In this document: piece after piece, positions 59,150-64,000 of the stretch
How the letters are laid out: each line of letters opens with the position of its first letter
Position numbering within the stretch: the first letter of the stretch is position 1
Origin: Gemmatimonadota bacterium
GTDB taxonomy: Bacteria > Gemmatimonadota > Gemmatimonadetes > Gemmatimonadales > GWC2-71-9
Direction: 5' to 3'
Length of the DNA: 64,000 nucleotides
NCBI GenBank assembly: GCA_039588295.1
Contig: JBDHAB010000007.1
Location: 1 to 64,000, forward strand
The notes under the pieces: generated by a model
Databases searched by the model: none
Told to the model about the DNA's origin: nothing
The model's input: the letters and a program-made list of their open reading frames with translations, nothing else
Program-made: the position numbers and the translations under genes

Positions 59150-60274
59150 TCAGCCCTGTTGTACGATCGCCTGAAGGGCAACGGCAGAGAGCCGTTGGGC
59201 TGCAGCTACCTGTTCGTTCACCACTCTGCCACCGTAGAGGTACACGCCGGCAGCCAGTCCCGGATTCTCGCGGAGCGCCCGGTCCACACCTTTTTCGGCC
59301 AACTCGCTCAACGGAGTGAGGACCACGTCAGAGAGCGCGCGGGACGCGGTCCGAGCCACGTTGGCGGTCATGTTCGGCACGCAGTAGTGCACCACATCGT
59401 GCACCACGAAGGTCGGTTGATCCAGCGTCGTGGGTCGGCTGGTTTCGACGCATCCTCCCTGATCGATCGAGAGATCGACGATCACACTCCCGGCGCGCAT
59501 CGAGCTCACCATGTCCTCCGTGATGAGAAACGGGGCGCGCGCTCCGGGAATCAGCACGGCGCCGATCACGACATCGGCGATCCTGGTGAACTGCTCGAGA
59601 CGCTCCGTTGACGCGACTTGCGTTACGATGTTGCCGGAGATCTGTCGGTTGAGGTTCCGGAGCTTCTGGAGGTCGGCATCGAGGACGATGACGTGGGCTC
59701 CAATGGCCAGCGCCCGACGTGCTGCGGTGCGACCGGCCATACCGGCGCCAAGGATGAGCACCGTGGGTGGAGCGATCCCGGGCACCGAGCCCATGAGGAT
59801 GCCTCGACCACCGGACTCGTTCTGGAGATAGTGCGCCGCCGTGTAGACGGCCATCTCCCCGGCCATCTCGCTGAAGGGCACGAGGATCGAGCGACGCCCT
59901 TCGACGTCTTCGATGAGCTCGTAACCGATGGCGGTCACCTTGAGCTCGCGCAGCTGCTGCACGATGGGTTGGGGTGCAACGGCCATGTGGAGAAAGCCGC
60001 CGATCACCGACCCCGGGCGGACTAACTCGAGCTCGTCGCTCGACACCAAGCCCACCCGGCAGACCAACTCAGGACGTTTGTGCGCCTCTTCGCTACTGTA
60101 CACGATTTGTGCGCCGGCCGCCTGGTACTCGTGATCTGGAAACCGCGCCGCCAGTCCCGCGCCCTTCTCGACGACAACGGTGTGGCCGCGACTGACGAAC
60201 CGCCGTACGGCCTGCGGGGTGAGCCCGACACGGTGCTCGTGCCGGTGGGTTTCCCGTGGTACACCGATGATCAT
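59150..60274 (-). CDS. ald: Alanine dehydrogenase-like protein
   Basis: IGVPRE...EHRV.LTP, SEMAG, GAVLIPGA.AP, IDQGGCVETS.PT, YCVPNM. The VKVKEP motif is altered. Confidence 0.8.
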   Translation of the reverse strand: MIIGVPRETHRHEHRVGLTPQAVRRFVSRGHTVVVEKGAGLAARFPDHEYQAAGAQIVYSSEEAHKRPELVCRVGLVSSDELELVRPGSVIGGFLHMAVAPQPIVQQLRELKVTAIGYELIEDVEGRRSILVPFSEMAGEMAVYTAAHYLQNESGGRGILMGSVPGIAPPTVLILGAGMAGRTAARRALAIGAHVIVLDADLQKLRNLNRQISGNIVTQVASTERLEQFTRIADVVIGAVLIPGARAPFLITEDMVSSMRAGSVIVDLSIDQGGCVETSRPTTLDQPTFVVHDVVHYCVPNMTANVARTASRALSDVVLTPLSELAEKGVDRALRENPGLAAGVYLYGGRVVNEQVAAAQRLSAVALQAIVQQG

Positions 60275-60640
60275 CGTCTCGCCTCCTTGACCGACGGGGT
60301 CCGGGATCATCTATGCCTGCGTGGGGCGCCGATGCAGCATCGATGAGCTACTTCGTTGGGAGGCTGCGGCGGGTCGGCCGTGGTGACCAGGTGCGCCGCC
60401 AGGGGCCACACCAGAGACCCCAGTCAGCAGTTGGCCTGAGCGCGCTCGATGCGGGGGGACGCCGGGTGCGGTAGGGAGTCGTGCCGTGGAGCCTGTCCCC
60501 ACACCTTGAAGGTTGCTCAGCCTCGGTTGAGGATCGCCGACTTGCCGGTGGCCGATATGCTGATGCTGCCTCACACCCACCCCCTGGACCGCTACCGCCC
60601 CGCCCGTGCCGCCCGCAGAGCGGCGCGGTCACGGTCCTGC

Positions 60641-62074
60641 TCACACCCCCGACGTGCTGCTCTCCTCCGTGAGCGACTTCTGACCCCACGCAAACGCTTC
60701 CTCGTTCAGCCCGAGCAGCGCGCAGTCCTGCTTGAGCGCCTCCCGCATGACGGCGACGAAGCTTTCGCGCGGGAACAACTCGGTGGCAGCCTGCAGCGCA
60801 CCGAGGGCAACGACGTTCTTGACCATCTTCTTCCCGAGCTCAACCGCGATCTGGGTGAACGGTACGCCATGCAGCGTGATGCCGGGTAGCGCCGGTACGT
60901 TCGCGATCACCGAACTGTCATAGAGGATCGTGCCGCCCGGTCGCACGTTCGGACCAAATTTTTCCAGACTCGGCGCGTTGAACACGACCAAGATATCCGG
61001 CTCCGGACATGCCGGTGAGAGCACCTCGTCGGTGGCGACACGCACATCGGCATAGGACGTCCCACCCCGGGATTCCGGACCGTAGCTCGGGATGTAGGTC
61101 GAGTCGAATCCCTCGTTGATGGCGGCGCGAGTCGTCAGCAGCGCGATCGTCTGTGCCCCATCTCCACCGGCACCGGCAAACTTGATCGCGATGTCTTCCT
61201 CATCGATATGAGAGGGAAACCCGGTTCCGAACCGACTCGGTGGCTCCGTCGTGCTCCCAATGACCGCTGCGACCTCATCCGGCTCGAAGCTGGGTCGTCC
61301 CAGATCAAACCACGGCTCGACCTCCACGTCCTTCTTCACGCCCAGCGGGAAGATGGGCACCATGCACTCTTTGACCCACTGCTCGGTCTCCAGTGGGGTC
61401 AGGCGTAGATGCGTCGGGCATTCCGACAGCACCTCGACAAAGGAGAGCCCGCGCCGCTCGACTTGGAGACGGACGGCCTTCTTGATCGCCTTCTTCGCAC
61501 GCACACGCTGCTTGTTGTCGAACAGCGCGACGCGCTCGACGTAGACTGGGCCGTCCATCTGGCCAACCATTTCGGCCATCTTGAGCGGCTCCCCGGTCAA
61601 GCGGTCGCGACCGGCCGGCGTCGTCGTCGTACGCTGTTCCCGCAGCGTGGTGGGGGCCATCTGCCCCCCGGTCATGCCGTAGATCGCATTGTTGATGAAG
61701 ATGAAGGTCATCGGGAGACCCATCTGCACCGCCTGGATGATCTCGGCGAGGCCGATCGCGGCCAGGTCCCCATCCCCTTGATAACTGACCACCACGGCGT
61801 CGGGGTTGGCCATCTTGTGGCCGATCGCGACGGCTGGAGCCCGTCCGTGCGCCGCCTGCGTGTTTCCGACATCGAGGTAGTAGTACATGAAGACCGCGCA
61901 CCCCACGGGCGAAACCGCAACGGTCCGGTCTTGTACATCCAATTCGGCGATCGACTCCGCCAGATACTTGTGTGCCAACCCGTGACCGCATCCGGCGCAG
62001 TAATGCGTGGTGAGCCCTTTGAGGCCTTGACCCTGCGCATGGCGCGCGAAGCGCTCGTAGAAGACGCTAGACAT
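60641..62074 (-). CDS. 2-oxoacid:ferredoxin oxidoreductase, fused beta (TPP) + gamma subunits
   Basis: YCAGCGH, VGC, HGRA, GDGD...NN.IYGMTGGQ..PT, then AGAGGDG, SYGPESRGG, N...LGA. Confidence 0.92.
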   Translation of the reverse strand: MSSVFYERFARHAQGQGLKGLTTHYCAGCGHGLAHKYLAESIAELDVQDRTVAVSPVGCAVFMYYYLDVGNTQAAHGRAPAVAIGHKMANPDAVVVSYQGDGDLAAIGLAEIIQAVQMGLPMTFIFINNAIYGMTGGQMAPTTLREQRTTTTPAGRDRLTGEPLKMAEMVGQMDGPVYVERVALFDNKQRVRAKKAIKKAVRLQVERRGLSFVEVLSECPTHLRLTPLETEQWVKECMVPIFPLGVKKDVEVEPWFDLGRPSFEPDEVAAVIGSTTEPPSRFGTGFPSHIDEEDIAIKFAGAGGDGAQTIALLTTRAAINEGFDSTYIPSYGPESRGGTSYADVRVATDEVLSPACPEPDILVVFNAPSLEKFGPNVRPGGTILYDSSVIANVPALPGITLHGVPFTQIAVELGKKMVKNVVALGALQAATELFPRESFVAVMREALKQDCALLGLNEEAFAWGQKSLTEESSTSGV

Positions 62075-63485
62075 GGCCGGCCTCCGCGAGGGCGGTGATT
62101 TTGTCCACGATTTCTTGCTGTGAGGGCAACACACCGCCCATCCGTCGGACGTGGTGAATCGGTGGCCCGTCCCTGACGTCGGCGTGGCTCAGCGCGAGCC
62201 GAAGCTCGTCTTCGAGTTGGCCGGCTCCAGCCTCGACGACGACGACGCCCCGCACTCCGTCCAGCAGGGGGAGCAGCCGGGTGATTGGGAATGGCCAGAG
62301 CGTGATCGGGCGGAACAATCCAGCCTTGATTCCCCCGTGTCGGAGCGCCCGTATGGCGCCTTTCGCCATCCGCGCCGGCGTGTTGCAGGCCACGACGATC
62401 CACTCGGCATCGTCGCAGTGGAACTCGTCCGCACGCTGTTCACGCTCAGTCATCCGCTCGTACTTTGCGTTCAGCTCGGCGTTCCGGGCCTCGAGCCGGG
62501 CTTCGTTGAGGTCAATCGACGAGTTCAACATCCCACGGTGAGCAGCGTCTCCGTACACCGCCCAACCCGGAAGTCCGGGCCGTGTGAGTTCTCGGGGGAG
62601 CGTGACGCGACCCGTCATCTGACCCATGTACCCGTCGCAGGCGAGGACCACGGGGTTGCGGTACTCGAACGCCAGGTCAAACGCGCGCATCGTCAAATCC
62701 AGCATCTCCTGGGGCGTGGATGGGGCAAAGACCAGTGCGTGCGTGTTGCCGTGGCCGAGCCCGCGGCACACCAGTTTGATGTCGCCCTGCTCGGGCGCGA
62801 TGTTGCCGAGCCCGGGACCGCCGCGCATGACGTTGATGAAGACACCCGGGATCTCGGCGCCGATCATGTAGGAAATCCCCTCTAACATGAGGCTGAACCC
62901 CGGGGACGACGTGAACGTCATGCATCGCATTCCGGCGCCCCCACAGCCATACATCATGTTGACCGTGGCGACTTCGCTGACCGCCTGCACGAATATGCCA
63001 TCGAGCTGCGGCAGCAGCTTGGCCATGAGTTCGGCGCCCTCGGTGGACGGGGTGATGGGGTAGCCGAAGAAGTGCCGGCAGCCCGCGAGCAGCGCGCCAA
63101 TGGCGGCTGCGTGGTTGCCCTTGAGCACCATGGGCTCGAGATGGGACAACGCGATGGTCGAATCGGGAACGGATTCCGGTTGGGTTCCGACGGTCTCGGT
63201 TCGATCGAAGTACGTGTACGGGTCAGACACCACCATGTCGATTCCGTCCAGCTCGGGCGGTGTTGCCATGAGGCCGTGCGGTTCGGGGCATGCCGAGATA
63301 CAGAGCCCGCACCCGTTGCACACCTCTAAGTCCACGGTAACCGGCGTGAAGCCGGTAACGGGATCGATTTCCGTCCCGAGCTCGATGCAGTGCTTAGGGC
63401 ACGCCTCGATGCACCTGCCGCACGCTTTGCAGAGGTGGGGAAAGAGGAACGGTTTTGGCCGGCTCTTGACCTTCGCAGTCACCAT
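62067..63485 (-). CDS. 2-oxoacid:ferredoxin oxidoreductase (Vor-like), fused delta ferredoxin + alpha subunit
   Basis: CKACGRCIEACP, CNGCGLCISACP, GYPITPS, SSPGFSLMLE, RGGPGLGNI. Confidence 0.92.
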   Translation of the reverse strand: MVTAKVKSRPKPFLFPHLCKACGRCIEACPKHCIELGTEIDPVTGFTPVTVDLEVCNGCGLCISACPEPHGLMATPPELDGIDMVVSDPYTYFDRTETVGTQPESVPDSTIALSHLEPMVLKGNHAAAIGALLAGCRHFFGYPITPSTEGAELMAKLLPQLDGIFVQAVSEVATVNMMYGCGGAGMRCMTFTSSPGFSLMLEGISYMIGAEIPGVFINVMRGGPGLGNIAPEQGDIKLVCRGLGHGNTHALVFAPSTPQEMLDLTMRAFDLAFEYRNPVVLACDGYMGQMTGRVTLPRELTRPGLPGWAVYGDAAHRGMLNSSIDLNEARLEARNAELNAKYERMTEREQRADEFHCDDAEWIVVACNTPARMAKGAIRALRHGGIKAGLFRPITLWPFPITRLLPLLDGVRGVVVVEAGAGQLEDELRLALSHADVRDGPPIHHVRRMGGVLPSQQEIVDKITALAEAGHV

Positions 63486-63489
63486 AGTA

Positions 63490-64000
63490 TCACGTTCCCT
63501 GTCTCAGGCACCGAAGTCGTCGTTCGCAGTACGTGCCGAAGATCCGCAGCGCGCGATCCGCCGTCCGGAATGTGGGTATGCCGTGCTGTTCGAGCAGCGT
63601 TGCCATCGGCACGTAGCGTGGCCCAGCGTCCACCACCGCAACCCAGGGCTTGGTGGTCGTCTGCGCGGTGGCAATCAGGCGACGCACCACCGATTGTGGA
63701 TCGTCAATATCCTCACCGTGTGTGGCATCTCGGGCGAGGGTGTTGAGCGCGCCGGTCAGTGGCACACACCCCACGATCCCAACGTCAACGTTCTCATCGC
63801 ACAACACAGTCGTCATCGCTTCCTCGTAGCCCGCGTCATCCATGATCGGGGTCAGATCGAGGGGGTTCCGCGCCTCCACGACGTCCTGAAGCCGTCTGCC
63901 TGTGAGCAGTGCGCCCAACCGTCGCACGGTGTCGCCAGTGAACGGTGCGAGCTGGAACGGACCGAGGTTGTCTGCCATGGTCACGCACTCAAACCCGGCA
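63490..64000 (-). CDS. Acetate-CoA ligase (ADP-forming) family, C-terminal part; runs off the window
   Basis: AGFECVTMAD, NPLDLT, L...GIPTF...DRA. Context next to the oxidoreductase genes. Confidence 0.8.
   Translation of the reverse strand, partial: AGFECVTMADNLGPFQLAPFTGDTVRRLGALLTGRRLQDVVEARNPLDLTPIMDDAGYEEAMTTVLCDENVDVGIVGCVPLTGALNTLARDATHGEDIDDPQSVVRRLIATAQTTTKPWVAVVDAGPRYVPMATLLEQHGIPTFRTADRALRIFGTYCERRLRCLRQGT

Noticed and set aside
60311..60640. Possible glycine riboswitch upstream of the ald-like gene (ctcagg...gactgggg.ctctgg on the minus strand)
   Set aside because: The conserved GGAGA and CCGAAG elements are not present. An Rfam/Infernal scan would be needed, so it is not called.

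Overview
GC-rich bacterial window. Gene content (DUF5916, DUF4097, EcxA-type protease, BrxA/B, many secreted hydrolases) suggests Gemmatimonadota, but that is inference. It has three parts. (1) 1-2.5 kb is a decayed integron-type cassette array with no integrase in view. An IS110-family transposase (missed by the ORF track) sits in one attC site, and an IS3 end in another attC is fused in-frame to a fibronectin-III gene. (2) 2.5-18.5 kb is a copper/redox accessory island. The plus strand has orphan rnfE-rnfA, ICMT-like, His-rich and SHOCT proteins, a Rieske-less cytochrome b, a CopA-type ATPase and DUF411. The minus strand has an 8-gene unit: His-rich lipoprotein, porin, dihaem cytochrome c, PCYCGC lipoprotein, CuA cupredoxin, membrane polyferredoxin, CuA-haem c fusion, and a lipoprotein that reads through an in-frame TGA (Cys-Sec) followed 11 nt later by a perfect SECIS-like hairpin. 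This unit is the best candidate for an undescribed system. (3) 18.8-64 kb is mostly core genes: peptidases, hydrolases and transport, then an amino-acid catabolism block (two GDHs, a REC/ATP-grasp protein, TDH, CoA-transferase, Ald-like, fused 2-oxoacid:ferredoxin oxidoreductase, acetate-CoA ligase). No rRNA, tRNA or CRISPR was seen. All family calls come from motif recognition; no database search was run.
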